The notes beneath the pieces are model-generated. The model worked only from the letters and a program-made list of their open reading frames with translations. It was not told the DNA's origin and searched no databases. A stretch of DNA of 64,000 nucleotides. Origin: Pseudovirgaria hyperparasitica (Eukaryota). The position numbers and the translations under genes were made by a program. The stretch is taken from the NCBI GenBank assembly GCA_010093815.1, contig ML996565.1; one strand, 5' to 3'. How positions within the stretch are numbered: position 1 is the first letter of the stretch; each line of letters opens with the position of its first letter. Positions 36,190 to 49,556 of this stretch are shown here, in pieces.

Positions 36190-38031
36190 ATGGATTCGCA
36201 GAGCCACGCATTAAATCCACACAACGACACATGGCGTTTTCAGAACGAGATGCTTCGATTTCAGCAAGTGCAGTCGGAGCATGGTGACCGCCTCTCAAGA
36301 CTAGAACGACGCCATGATGATGACGCGCGGTTGAAATCTGTATGGGGCACCTCATCACCGTTTCCAAGTGTCCTCGGAGGTACTCCGCAGCAGGGTATGA
36401 GTACAGTCGAGAGTTTGTGGAAATGTCGCTAACATTCCGTAGTGCCTCTTCAGCATCCACCCAATGAACCGTTTTCGACCTTCGACGATGACCAGAACAA
36501 CCTGCTTGGGAGCCTACACCTTGACGCGAATGACGAGCCGCGTCGTATAGGTGCTACGTCACGCGCGAACAGCGTACGATTTGATGAAAGTGCCAATCAA
36601 GGCTGGGCGCACGCTTCACGCTCATCGATTGATCTGATACCTAGAACCGGAAGCGGGCTTGGGGGACACGCTATGAGTGAGCGGACGTACTCGCACAAGT
36701 CTGATGGAAGACAGAGCTCCACAGGCCATTCTGTCCACTCAGCTACCTCAGGTCGTGCAAACAGCCTTGGACTCGATACGTCGTATGGAAACCAGAACAC
36801 AGTATCGCCGCTTGAAACACCCGGTCTTGCCCCAGGGCTATTTATCCTTGGACCTGTCCCCGCCATCATCAGGTGTTGGCTGACGACGAACTTCAAGCAC
36901 GACTCGCTGCTCTATGCTGCAGTGTGTACGGGTTCTTACACCTCATTTCTGGACTCGCGCCTCATCCATTCCTTGGGATTTCAGGATCATGTCGAAGTCA
37001 ATGACGAAGGAGTCAGCAAGGTGAGACTTGCTGTATATCTGCCCGAAGCCATTCAGTATCCAGTCTCGAGTAGACTAGCCAGTCCGGCGCCCCAGATCCC
37101 ATCATTCACTGTCACGTTTACTCTCGTTAGCTCCCCCGAACCGGAGACAGACTCAAAGGCTATACAGATCTTTCTGGGTAGCGATGTGCTACGGGCACAC
37201 AACGCCGATGTTCTCTTTTCATCAAATACTATGACGATGTTTGACGATGAGAGGTCAAAGTTGTCTATTCCGCTTGTTCGACCAGAAAATGAACAAGCTT
37301 TCAACACTCTTGGCGTGAGCAGTGGATTCACAGCAAGTGCCAGTAGCAAAAACACAACAATAGGCCCTTCCGCCGACAGCTTGAGAAACCTGACTGATCG
37401 AACGCCTGGCAAACAGTTGCTGGCGATGGAGGCCGACAGAGATCTTACAGGTGGCTCATCAGATGAGGGATTAGCGACTACCCCCGAGAGCAGTCGCCAC
37501 AGCCTCGAGCAGCGCCCCATTCCAGGCTTGCTTAGCACAAAGACAGAATCACTCAAAGAGACCAGTGACGGAAGTTTGCCCTCTACTACTGTTTCGCGTG
37601 CTTCCCCTGCTATCTGGAGAGATTGGAGGCGTGGAGAGGAGAAGCCCACGGCCACACCATCAATGGACTGGGCAGGTGCAAGCAAAGGCACGGCAAGCGC
37701 AAGCTATCAACGCCGCGAGACCGGAATCAAAGTTTTGAAACCAGTCAAGACGTCGTCTAGGATAGCATCTGGGCCATCTATACAATCTGGATCACCGTCG
37801 TTGGGCCAATCTCGATTCTTCGATGATGGCAAGCGCCGGACAAGCATGACCTCCTCTGGTGAGGGCAGCGACATTCAGTCCAAACGGCCGGCTGCCAGTG
37901 AGATTCGTTCAACCAGTACGACGATGCCTACGAAAGAGAATACGTCAAGCGGCACCAAAGCTCGCACCACCAATCCGATTGGAGGTGCGTCGGCATTTGC
38001 CTGGTTAAACAGTGGTGGGCAAGCCAAGTAG
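36190..38031 (+). CDS. Hypothetical protein with a central retropepsin-like domain, exons 36190-36394 and 36443-38031
   Basis: A GTATGA..CTAAC..TAG intron joins the frames; N-terminal coiled coil, disordered flanks, and a folded core with AAVCTGS and IFLGSDVL. Confidence 0.85.
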
Positions 38032-38818
38032 TGAGGATGAAAGCATCATGCCAGCCTGGCAGTAGTGAAATCGACATTTCACGCGCAGGCCGCATCTATT
38101 CACCGAAGTGTACCATGGGAACAACGTACAGGAGTATGGTACGCCTGTCTGGCTCTGTGGCAAATATGATGTTTATTGAGAAATTCACTTAAGACAATTG
38201 TACTTCACCCGCATTGATTATTGGTAACAATTGACTGTGTGACATGCCTGAAGATGGGGCACAAGCTGTTCTTTGTGACCATGGAGTCTGCCCGGACGCA
38301 ATACAGACAAGGTACTCACCAGGTATTAGCCCCTAAGAGTAACGATGAGATGATGCCGCATGCGGTAAGCGGGAAGAACACAAAGCTAAGAGTGCTTTTT
38401 ATATTTCGTGGCTGCCATGAAGCTGTACGCGTGGACGTTGTTGTAGTATTTCCTTCCAGCCACCTACATACAACCCTGAGGAAATTCACCGTCACTACAG
38501 TCATATATATTTCCGTGCATCAGCAAAAGGCAGAGAGCTTCAAAATCCCCAACGCCGTTTGGTCCAACTGTCATCGTAAGTAGAATAAAGTTTCCTCCCT
38601 TGCTGCGGCGCGCACGGACCTTTGAAAACCATCATCACTCCCTCGCTCGCAAAAGCTGTCAGGCAGCCTTGTTCCGAACAACGACACCTATCTCACTGTC
38701 TTCTCCTCCATTTCAACTGAGCATTGAGACCCCGGGATCCTCTCTACGCTCACTCACCCGGAGTTCTCTACGGCTCTTTACAGTATCTTTATACGCGTGC
38801 CCACAGAGCCGATCTGGA

Positions 38819-41800
38819 ATGCTCGCAGCCCCCGTCTGTACGCCTGGCTAGCGAGACCCTCCTGCGGCTCTCTCCACGCGTGTTTCCATTCATCTGCCTG
38901 CCTGTGGAGCTTCACAGCTCCTGGTAGGCGTTTACTATTCACCACGGCTTCCTCTCAGAAGAAACGCAAGCTTGTCAGGCCTGCAGAGACCGGAAACATA
39001 CAAGGAGACAGCTCATCGCCGTTGCTGCAGGAAGGCTCTGGTCTAGCTTCTCCACGATCCTCCCCGACCCTCACTGCGAATTCGAACCGCCGCACTTCTA
39101 CCTCTCCGCCCCGATATCTACCACCGCATCTGCACGACGAAGTTCGTGAGGCCTCCAAGAACGCAAGGACCTCTCCGGATAGCGGCCACTCTGCGAGTTT
39201 GTCTCCCAGCGAGGCTTACGCCGGTCTGACACTGGATACCGAAGAATCAAGTAAAGACAAAACACGGTACCCAATACGGGAGATTGTGCCTATAGTGTCA
39301 GACAACCCAAGGAAGGCTTCGTTAAGAGGATACGAGCCTTCTCAGGATCTTCAAGAGTCAGGCAGGACATTACCTCGAGCCTCTTCCCCCGCCAAAAGAC
39401 CGTTTTCTGCAATGGATCCAAGTGCTGGCCCTTCAGCAAGAGACGGAATGGATGTAGATGAGGCAAATAACCGTCAGCCGGAACCAGTCAGCGCTGCTGG
39501 CAGCCCTGACCCACCTGCAACGAGCACCGAACCCTATATCGAACAAGCCCGCGCTACTTCTGTCGATATGTTAGATGGATCGAATCCTCAAACGGCCACA
39601 TCCTATGACTCAACATCATCACCGGCTCCCCACTCGAGCACATCAGCCACTAGCTTCAATGGAGATTCTCCGCCTAAAGTCTCTTCTGGAGATAGCGAAA
39701 TGTCGGATCAAAAGCCCCTCCCTTCTTTTGACGAACAGGTCGAAGAGATCCGTGCCTTGGCAATGCAGCCTGTGCAAGAGAAGGCTGTCGGCTTTGCAGT
39801 TGCGAGGGCATGGCTAGAACGACCTATGTCTCGAGCGTCTGCGCCCTCTAAAGATGAGAACTATTCGAAAGAAGCACGTGAGGGCGATGTTGGACCAATC
39901 GACAATTCCAGTATCACCTTAGCTGGAGATTTTGAAGACCTCGTAGACGAGATGGGCGAAAGATATGTACCGCTTAAACCCGATGTCACCATGTCCCAGG
40001 AATACGAAATTCTTCCCAAAGAAGCATGGGATAAGCTTGTTGATTGGTACGGTATTAAAGACAACTTGCCCCCAATACGTCGTTATGTCCATGACACTAC
40101 GCCCGAAGGCTCCCACCAGCAGAACCTGCAATACGAGCTTTCACCACCAATCTTCATTATCCGCAAATTACGCAATGATCAATATGGCACTACAACTGCA
40201 GCGCTGAAAGATAGTAATGCAAAGGCGCCCAGACTCCTCGCTAGCCATGATGCCAATTTCCAAAAGGTTCTTTCTCAGGCCAAGAAGCTTGCTGGCATCG
40301 AGCTCAAGACTAAAGTTAAAGTCTGGCGTATCATTGAGAATCTGCCGACGGCCGAAGAGTCCCACGGACGTTCGGGCATGCTCACCCCGGCCACATCCAG
40401 AAGTGGCTCCCCTGCTCCCCAAGCTCCCGCCCAACAATCGCATGACCTTATAATTGATCTGTTGTCTTTCACGAACATGACTGAAGGCTCACAGCGGGAA
40501 ATGCTAGACATCAAGGATGAGACTGCCAATCCCAAGTATAACGGCCATTCAACTTTGAGCACAGTCGGGCTGGGAGCCAGTCAGGTTCTCGTACTTGAGG
40601 AGCAGATTGGTGGTCCCGCTGGTGGCGAGTTTGTCTCTGATAATGTCAAATCGACCGCAGCGAAACACGGCGTTTCCTTGACCGCCAAAAACAGTAATGG
40701 AAGAAACGCTGCGAAGGCTTTGACTGCGAGTAGGAATGCCAGTCCAGCTCCATCAGGAACAATGACGCGTGGACGCACACGGAGAGACGGCAAGACTCGT
40801 GGTACAGTTGGTCTGTCCAATCTTGGAAACACATGCTACATGAATTCTGCACTACAATGCATTCGTAGCATCGAGGAACTGAGCCTATATTTTCTGCGTA
40901 AGTTAATGAAAGTACAGGATCTAAGTGCAACCTGACTGACAAGCATTTAGAAGGGCAATATAAACAAGAAATCAACCCAGACAACCCGCTTGGACACGCT
41001 GGCCAGCTCGCGAAGAGGTACGCGGAGCTATTGAAAGGTATATATTCTGATACCAGCGGCTCAACCTTCACTCCACGAGACTTCAAGCATACTCTCGGTC
41101 GCTTGTCCGGTACCTTTTCTGGATACCAGCAGCAAGACTCTCAAGAGTTTCTCAGCTTTCTGGTCGATGGTCTCCACGAGGATCTGAATCGCATCAAGAA
41201 GAAACCGTACATAGAAAACCCCGACTCAGACGACAAGACGCATACGGATGCGAGACTCATCAGAGAGCTTGGTGAGAAGTTCCGAGAAGGTCACCATGCT
41301 CGTAACGACTCCGTAGCCATGGATCTCTTCAGTGGGTTCTACAAGAATACCATGGTATGCCCACACTGTGACAAAGTCAGCATCACGTTCGATCCATATT
41401 CTCTCCTCACTCTCCAACTCCCTATAGAGCAAACATGGCAACATACAGTTGTCTTCGCACCTTTACACGATAAGCCAATATACGTGGAAGTTGACATGGA
41501 TAAGAACGCGTCCATTCGCGGGCTCAAGGAGTACATCGCAAAGCGCTTTCCGGGGGTGAACGCCAAACGCCTCATGTGTGTCGAGACTTATAGCAACAAA
41601 ATCTATAAGACTTTCGATGATCGCGAGGCTGTCTCAGATTGCGGCATTCAAGACCGTGATGAGATTGTAATCTATGAACTAGACTCACAGCCGACTAATT
41701 ATCCACCTCCGAAGAAGAAGGCAAAGAAGTTCTCATATGGATCCCTCATCGACAAATCGGAGGAAGAGGATACACCGAAATCCGAGTCTCCGCTGGCTAA

Positions 41801-44077
41801 TCGTATGCTGGTCCCAGTCTTTCACAGAGCGTCAAGCGCAAAAGGCTACAACAACAGATCATTTCAGCTTTGGCCATTCTTCGTTGTCATAACGCGCGAA
41901 GAAGCTGCTAACTACGACGAAATCCACCGCAAAGTTCTTGCAAAAGTTGCAACCATGACCACAAATCCAATATTGAGTGACGAAAACTTGGGCTATGGAT
42001 CAAACAATAGCTCAGACGCTGTACTCACCACGGAAGAAGATGCCTCGTCAACGACAGATCCTACTGTTAAGGCAGACTCGGTGGAAGGCGAGGGAAGTAT
42101 CGTTGATGTCACGATGACAGAGTCGTCCGCCGAACAAGTGCGAAGTCAGGATGAGGATTCACACCTCCCGAGAGTCCTCACGCCAGGTGAATTCATACCT
42201 CCCGAACTTCAACGCCTCTTCACTCTTAGGTTCGCAAAAGCCAACGGAAAGGAAATGATACAGACCGGATTTTCGTCTTTGCAAGGAGGCGACGATTATC
42301 CTGCTGTATCAACACGCATTCCCTCATCACGAGATAGTCGACGCTCGTCAATACAGTCTCAGGGGACCGGAAGTGCGAGCTCAGCTTCTTCTATATCCGA
42401 AGAAACAGAGACGCAGCAAAGCACACCTCCACAACTTTCATTCAACAGCAGGAGTGCCGATAGTGACTCCGATCTACCTTCCGTCGATTCTTTTACGCGA
42501 GTTGGGAAACCACACAAGTTCAGTAATGGCAATAGAGGCAAGCGGCGCGGGAAACGCGGCGCCAAAACTTATAGCAAGAAAGACGGTACCAAGAAGGAAG
42601 GAGGTCGCTGGGCTCATAGGCCACTTCTGCGCCAGGGATCAGAGATATCAGATCTACCATCGGACCCGGAAAGTCCACCTCGTTTGATTCGCCTCGGCGA
42701 AGCTCTCATTCTAGACTGGGACTCCGAAGCATACGAGGCTCTATTTGGTGCTACTAACGATGCAGATGATATGCGTGGCAGGAGCACTTGGGAAGAGAAG
42801 CTCGCTTTTGACGATCCTGATCTCACACACAAAAGAGCAACAAGATCAAAGCGAAAGAAGCACGGCGTGACTCTTGACGAGTGCTTTCAGGAAACAGCCA
42901 AATCGGAGATCCTCTCTGAAGAAAACGCCTGGTACTGTAACAGATGCAAGGAACTACGACGGGCGGAGAAGACTTTGGCTATTTGGACGACTCCAGACAT
43001 TTTAGTCCTTCACCTCAAACGTTTCAGCTCTAATCGAGCGTTCCGTGACAAGATTGACGTGCTAGTGGACTTTCCGATCGAAGGTCTCGACATTTCGAAA
43101 TGGGTCGGCCTTCCGGAAGACAAGAACTGCGTTTATGATCTCTTTGCAGTTGACAACCACTACGGTGGTCTCGGCGGTGGTCATTATACGGCATACGCAC
43201 AGAACTTCTACGATAAGAGGTGGTACGAGTACAATGGTAAGACTAAACTTCAGCATACTTTGTAATCTTTAACTAATGTTGGTCAGATTCCTCTGTCAGT
43301 TCACGCCAGCCTGAATCTTGCATCAGCACCGCCGCCTACCTTCTGTTCTACCGTCGGCGCTCCGACAAACCACTAGGGCCACCCTACCTTCAGAATCTCG
43401 TTCAAGAAGCATGGAACCCGATCCAAGCGGCCGAAGAATCTAATGCAACCGACAATGGGTCCGAAAACTCTACCTCTGCTGCTGATACGAGCTCGGGAAA
43501 CGGACTGCGCGCTCGCGACTCGTCCCGCAGTGGGGCCAATGGGTTGTCGAGCGCATTAGTCGTAGCCGGAGCAGCTCACGATTCCGCCCCCGGAGCGACG
43601 ACGAGTCATAGCGATGATGAGCTGCTGCCGACGTACGGAGAGGAAGGATTCGAGGACTCCATCCGTGTTAGACAATCCGCGGCTTACGAACGACTCGAGT
43701 ATACACAGCCTAGCGGCTGGAGCTTCGACTCACTTGGACACAAGAGTGACGACGCGGCAAAGGATGATGATGATGACAACAGCATGCTGTTGACCGGTCC
43801 AAGAAGTGATAATGGCGCAGACGACTTGCAGTCGCGGATGTTGGAAGACTTTGACGACGATAACGTAAATCTGTTGAACAGCGGAGCGGGTGGCCAAGTC
43901 ACGCCTGACATGAGTGCTGATGAACGCTCACCTACACTGGTTGGTGCGTCACCGAGCCACGACGAAGACGTCGTCGAGAGCATGGAGTTTGACGGTGCTG
44001 CCAATGCCGCTGATGATGACGACAACGAAGAAGTGGTAGAAGTCCACGTTGACAACGGCGATGTGAATATTGATTGA
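38819..44077 (+). CDS. UBP12: Ubiquitin C-terminal hydrolase (USP4/11/15-like, DUSP + split USP domain); start uncertain
   Basis: Cys box GLSNLGNTCYMNSALQ, QQQDSQEF, CPHC/CNRC zinc knuckles, His box NHYGGLGGGHYTAY and AYLLFYRRR; introns 40898-40950 and 43237-43286. Confidence 0.93.
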
Positions 44078-45072
44078 TTGAATGAATGATTGGTGCTGAG
44101 TGGCAGGAGAGGGAGCTTCCAGGAGCGGCGGGAGATAACGACCTGTAGTACACACGTTAAACCGGCCATGACATGACGCACACAGCACAGCATATTGCTA
44201 TCCTGAGCATCCATTTTTATTTGGGGCGAAAAGCATCAAAAGCGTTTACGGTACTGTTCTGTTGAACCGAGATACACACACGCGTAAACGGAGGAAAATA
44301 TTTGCATGAAATTGGGAGGAGGGCAAGGGAGAGAGGTTCACGGTGCATTATTAGGGGTGGTGGTGGTGGTGGTGGTGGTGGTGATGGCTAGAGTTGCAGC
44401 GCGCATTATATGTATGTATGAGATGAACATTGCGCTTGTGGATAGATACGCTGGATGGATGGATGGGTGGATGAATGAATGGATGGACGGGTCGCCCTTC
44501 GCTTCGGCGGAATGAATGAATGTTATTGCGTAGTCTAGAGCGAGCGCTAGCTATGATGGCATCAGAGTGCGATATTATATTCGGCAACGAGGTGCCCCCC
44601 CCCCAGCAACCCTTTTTTTAAACTTTGTTTTGCATTTTCCTCCCTGTGGCGAAGATGTAATGTCTTCTTGGTCATGAATGTTGGCCTGGCTAATCCCAAT
44701 TACAATTCCAATTCCAAATCCAGATTTCCCCCCCCCCCCCCCTCGTGTTGGTAAGCTACCACCACCTTTGCAATTCTCGTAGAGAAGAGTAAGTATACTG
44801 GGCGTCGTTGTGGCCTTGTGAGATTCATTGGGTATGGTGATCTGGGGGATACACGCGAGAGGTGTTGTGTTATTGCGTGTACTGGACTGGATGTGTGGTT
44901 TTTGGGGGGCAGAAAGATGTCATTCATGATACTCAACATCCCATCAGGAGAAACGTCAAAAACTAATCAGCCTACCTAACCAGGAAAACGCCGCTGAAAT
45001 GGTTTCGTTCGTTCGTTCGTTCGGTATACTCAACAACGCAGTTGTGCTCAACAACAGTACTAATCTACTCAT

Positions 45073-46150
45073 TCATAGCTTCGCCTTCTTGCGCCCCGCG
45101 ACTCCCTGGATAACCTCATCCGACAGCATCGCGTCAGGATAGGCGATGCCATTCCCGCTCGGCCCGGCCGTTCGCCACGCGCCCCCATCCACGACCACAA
45201 CCGCGCCATTCACATAGTTGCCCGTGTCTCCGAAGAGAAAGACCGTCGCATCCGCGATATCCTTGACGGAGCCCATCCTACCCACGGGCACAAGCCTGGT
45301 CAACGCCTGGACATCCTCGGGCCGCGCAAGGCGGTCCATGCCTTCGGTATTCGCGATCGGGCCTGGCGCGATGACATTGCTCGTTATGCCGCGGGGCCCC
45401 TGTTCGATGCAGAGGGAGGCGGAGAGCGCGTCGATGGCGGCTTTGGCGGCGGAGGCGGGCGCTTGGAAGGGTGTGCCGGCGTAGTGCAGGGTGGCGGATA
45501 CGAAGATGATGCGGCCGCCTGTGCCGTTTCGGGGTGGTGTGTTGCCGTCGATTCTGTGTGCGGCGGCGGATTTGACGAGGTGGGGGAGGGTGGCTTTGAG
45601 GGTGTTGTAGGAGCCGAGTAGGTCGATGTCGATGACGGATTTGAATGCGTTGGCGGAGGCCTGGTTGATTGTTGCGAGGAAGTTTCCTGCTGCGCCGGCG
45701 CTGTGGTGTTTGATTTAGCTTTCCTTTCATTCATTCATCATCGTCTTGTCAAATCTTGTGCTGTGTATCGGGGGGCTTACATTGTAAAGTCGATGCCGCC
45801 CAGCTCTTGCACGCACGTTTGCACGGCTTGCTCCAGACTGTCTAGCTTTCGCACGTCGACGTTGCCTAGACCTATCACCTTCGCGCCTTGTCTTGCTGTT
45901 GCGATGTCTTTGGCCATGCGTTCGGTTTTCTCTGGATTGCGGCCTATGATGCAGGCATTTGCGCCCAGATGCACCATGGCGCGGACCTGTGCAGAGCAGA
46001 TGGTGCCGGCGCCACCGGTGCAGAAGACGACTTTGTTGGCTATGAGGCGTCAGTGATTGAATCGTCTTTCTACTCTATTGGCAGAGTACGCGTACCGAAG
46101 ATGCCATCACGCCATGTATCGGAGACGTATTCGTGTTTCGCGAGAGGCAT
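45073..46150 (-). CDS. SPS19: Peroxisomal 2,4-dienoyl-CoA reductase (SDR), 3 exons
   Basis: WRDGIF|ANKVVFCTGGAGTICSAQ, AGAAGNFLA, IAPGPI and VVDGGAW; C-terminal PTS1 AKL. Confidence 0.93.
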
Positions 46151-46838
46151 TGGGACGACGAAGGACGGAGATGAGGGCTCGAGGAGTAGATTCTACGCGC
46201 CAGGAGCACTGCGAATGAAGTTTGAGCTAAGAGTGTGTGATAGTCGTTTATGCGGATTCGTAGACGTTCTAGACTTTTGTGTCAAGTAGCGAAGAAGAGC
46301 AGATGAGGATAGCTTTGTATGATGCGCGAGCTTGTCCTCATGCCGAATAGCGCCGAGGTCCCGCATGTCGAAAAAGTAATCAGATCCAGGCACAGCAAAG
46401 TTGCGGCCGGAGAGAGCGCGGAGAGGACGGCTTTGACAAACCAGCGATGTTCGTTTTACGGCTTCATTCGAAGTAAGACGACTGCGTGGAGCATTCTATA
46501 TCGACTTGGGCGAGCAAGTGTATTATTATATTATGTTTGTTGTATGTCGTCTTAGCGGGGCAGGAATGGAGCTTTGACGGTGTTAAGGCATCCATCAGCG
46601 TTTAAGCGCGCGGGTAAGTAAATAGACGCGAATCAGGCTGAGCCAATCAGACGTCTGGAGATGACGCTGCATTCCAATTCCAAGCTCAGCCCAACTCTCT
46701 CGCCAGCACAACGTCTCAGCATCCTCAGACGACAACAACACAACACCACACCACACCCATCTATACAAACCCGGCAGAAACCTCATCGCAACACCGATCG
46801 TCAATTGTCCTATCTCCACCATCACACCCTCATCCAAA

Positions 46839-47415
46839 ATGCCCAAAGCAGTCTCAATCTTCAAATTCGTCGGCACGATATCCCTCGGCCTACTCACCGT
46901 ACGCTCATACAAGCCCTTCACATCCACACTCAAAGCAAACACAACAAAACTAACTCAACCATAACCCCCAGGGCACATCCTACACCCTCACAACCGCCAC
47001 CCTCCCCTCCCTCCTCGCCCTGCCCACCGCACAAACCTGCTCTACCGCCCTGACACACCTCACGCGCTACGCCACCCTCCACCGCCGCATCCTCTCGAAC
47101 GTCGCCTGGGCATCGCTCGCTCTCGCGTACGCCGTCTCGCCGCGTCATGCCAAGCATCCATATCTGCTCTGGACCGGTCTCGCGACGCTGACGGCGGACT
47201 TTGCGCCTACGTTTGCGTTGCGGGTGAGGAAGAGGGTGGTGGTTGGAGAAGAGGAGGATGGCGTGGGGGCTGGGAGGACGGGCGAGGAGGATGTTAATGG
47301 CGAGACTGTGCGGAGGGATGTGGTGCGGTGGCGGAAGGTGGAGGCTGTGCGGGCTGGGTTGGCTGGGACGGCGTTTGCGATGGCTGTGGTGGGGATTTGG
47401 GGGGATGGGTTTTAG
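46839..47415 (+). CDS. ATG33: Atg33/Scm4-family mitochondrial outer-membrane protein, exons 46839-46898 and 46972-47415
   Basis: KFVGTISLGLLT|GTSY, KHPYLLWT, DVNGE.VR and AVVGIWGDG motifs. Confidence 0.85.
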
Positions 47416-47993
47416 GGGTGTTGTGGTTGTGGAGTGTGAGAGCGGGACTCTTGGGGGTGTAGGGTGGCTGCGGGGTGGTGGATGGAGTATGTACTGATGG
47501 AATGCGTAAAGACGGGGGATATATGACATGGACATTGTATCACACACTGCACGGCGAAAGCGCGAGAGCGGAACGAGGCTTGATATCTCGACTCTGTGTT
47601 AGCAGTGCGTGGCACATCTCTCACTCCGCGCGATATAGTTCATTCCAGTCCACTCAATCGAATCGAGATGAACAATTCCCACGCCAAGACGTCAACTAGC
47701 CCTTTGTGCCTGAAGTCAAGTACCAGAGCACGACACGCGCGCATGAACATGTGACGCATGAGTACACAACAGTCTAAACACCAAAGATAATACGTAAATC
47801 TCGTCGCATTCGTAAGTTGGGTATCTCGTATCGTATCGTATCGTTTTGCATGCATCGGTTTCGCATGCATGCATCCATCCATATATCCCATCCCATGAAT
47901 CAATCCCATCCAAGACCACCCAAACCAACCACCACTTCTCCGCATAAGCCATCCCAATCACACAGTCCCCTCTCCTCCTCCCTTCCTCCCCAA

Positions 47994-48293
47994 CTACCCA
48001 AGCAGATTCAACCTCGCCAAAACCTCCCTCGGCCTCCACGCCCGCCAGTCCACCTCCCCCGTCCTCCCGACAACTTGCGCGTTGTTGTTTTTGTCTTTGT
48101 CGTTGTCGTTCCCCTGTGCATCAGCGAAAAAGACCCCGTCGCGCGCTATCGTGCTTTGATCTACGATGCCGAGGGCGCGTGGGCGGGCGTTGACGGGCGC
48201 CATGTAGAGTGGGAGGGCGGCGGAGAGGGTGGTGATGAGGAGGGTAAGGGCGAGGGCGAGGGTGAGGGTTAGACTGGGGGTGGAGGGGCGCAT
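47994..48293 (-). CDS. Putative 99-aa small secreted protein
   Basis: CAAAAATG context and a signal-peptide-like MRPSTPSLTLTLALALTLLITTLSAA-LP; no known motif, and it lies in low-complexity DNA. Confidence 0.5.
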   Translation of the reverse strand: MRPSTPSLTLTLALALTLLITTLSAALPLYMAPVNARPRALGIVDQSTIARDGVFFADAQGNDNDKDKNNNAQVVGRTGEVDWRAWRPREVLARLNLLG

Positions 48294-49271
48294 TTTTGTG
48301 TTTGGTTGTTTGGTTGTTTGGTGGTTTGTTTGGTGGTTTGGTGGTTTGTGAGAGATATTGTGTGGATGTATGTATGTATATGCCGTGCGAGTTTGCAGAT
48401 TATACACGAGCAGTATCGCGAGTCCAGACGCGAAGCTCTGTCGTGACAGTATCGTTGTACGTAGCAAGGAGTCGCAGTCGCAAAAACCCGGATTCTTCAC
48501 TCTTCTTATGATAGATAAGTGAATCAAACACCCGATCGTCCGCAGAGCGCCAGCGCAGACTGTCCCAAGAACCAAGTCACCAACCAACACAACTCGGAAC
48601 GGGACCTTGGGGCTCTTTTAGAATAATTATGCGAGGCGGGCGCAACAGACTCTTTTTGTCTGCTTCTGCGTCTGCGTCTTTGTATGCGTCTTTGTATGCG
48701 CGTGACCACCACCAACACCACGACTAAATACTTCGAGCCTTTTGGGAGGCTGGAATGGACTTAGTGCTGGATCGGCGGGTGAAGCGGGGGGATAAATGTT
48801 CTGGACTACGCCACACACTGGTCGGATGGATCGCGATGGCCGTAGTCTAACGAGGAGAAATCTGGAGTGAAGTACAGAAGTACAGTTAAGTCGTAGTTCG
48901 AGGCCGAAATAGACAGACAGACAGACAGATACAGGTCCAGTCAGTCAGTCAGTCAGTCAGGTAAGTTGAATACCCAAGTTCCCCATCCGGGAGGTCATCC
49001 ATCAACCTATATATCATACACGCGCCCAAGCTCCAAAAGGAATGTCACTCCAGACAAAACACAAAAGCAGGACACAGTGGCACGTTCTTCCTACGCACAT
49101 GGATATGAATGAATGAATGGATGACCAGCCAGCACGGACTGCCTGCTCCGAGCGAAACCCACCCGCCAACATGTAACACACTCGTCGTCGCAGGTATAAT
49201 TACAAGACCGAGATTCGTAGTCGGACTGCTGCTGCAGTAGCATGTCAAGACACTTGGCACTGTGATAACGG

Positions 49272-49556
49272 GCTGACTGACTGACTGACTGATGGACTGA
49301 CTGACTGACTGTCCGAGCCGACATCGAGCTAACTACCTAGTTTAGGTAACCAGGTCGCAGGGTAAGTGAATACAAGATGTTGTTGTTCCCATACCCAATA
49401 TGTAGCGAGCCGTCAGCCCACCGCCAGCCCAGCCCAGCCCAGCCCAGCCCCTGTCCCCGCAAAGCCTCGGTAGTGTCCGAGTAGCGTTTCAGAGACGGGT
49501 TCACGGTCACGGTCACGGTTCACGGCCACTCCGTCACGGTTCACGGCTCACGGTCA
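49272..49556. repeat. Cluster of simple repeats: (CTGA)n, (CAGCC)n and (TCACGG)n-like
   Basis: Directly visible at ~49272-49311, ~49425-49450 and ~49497-49556. Confidence 0.85.
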
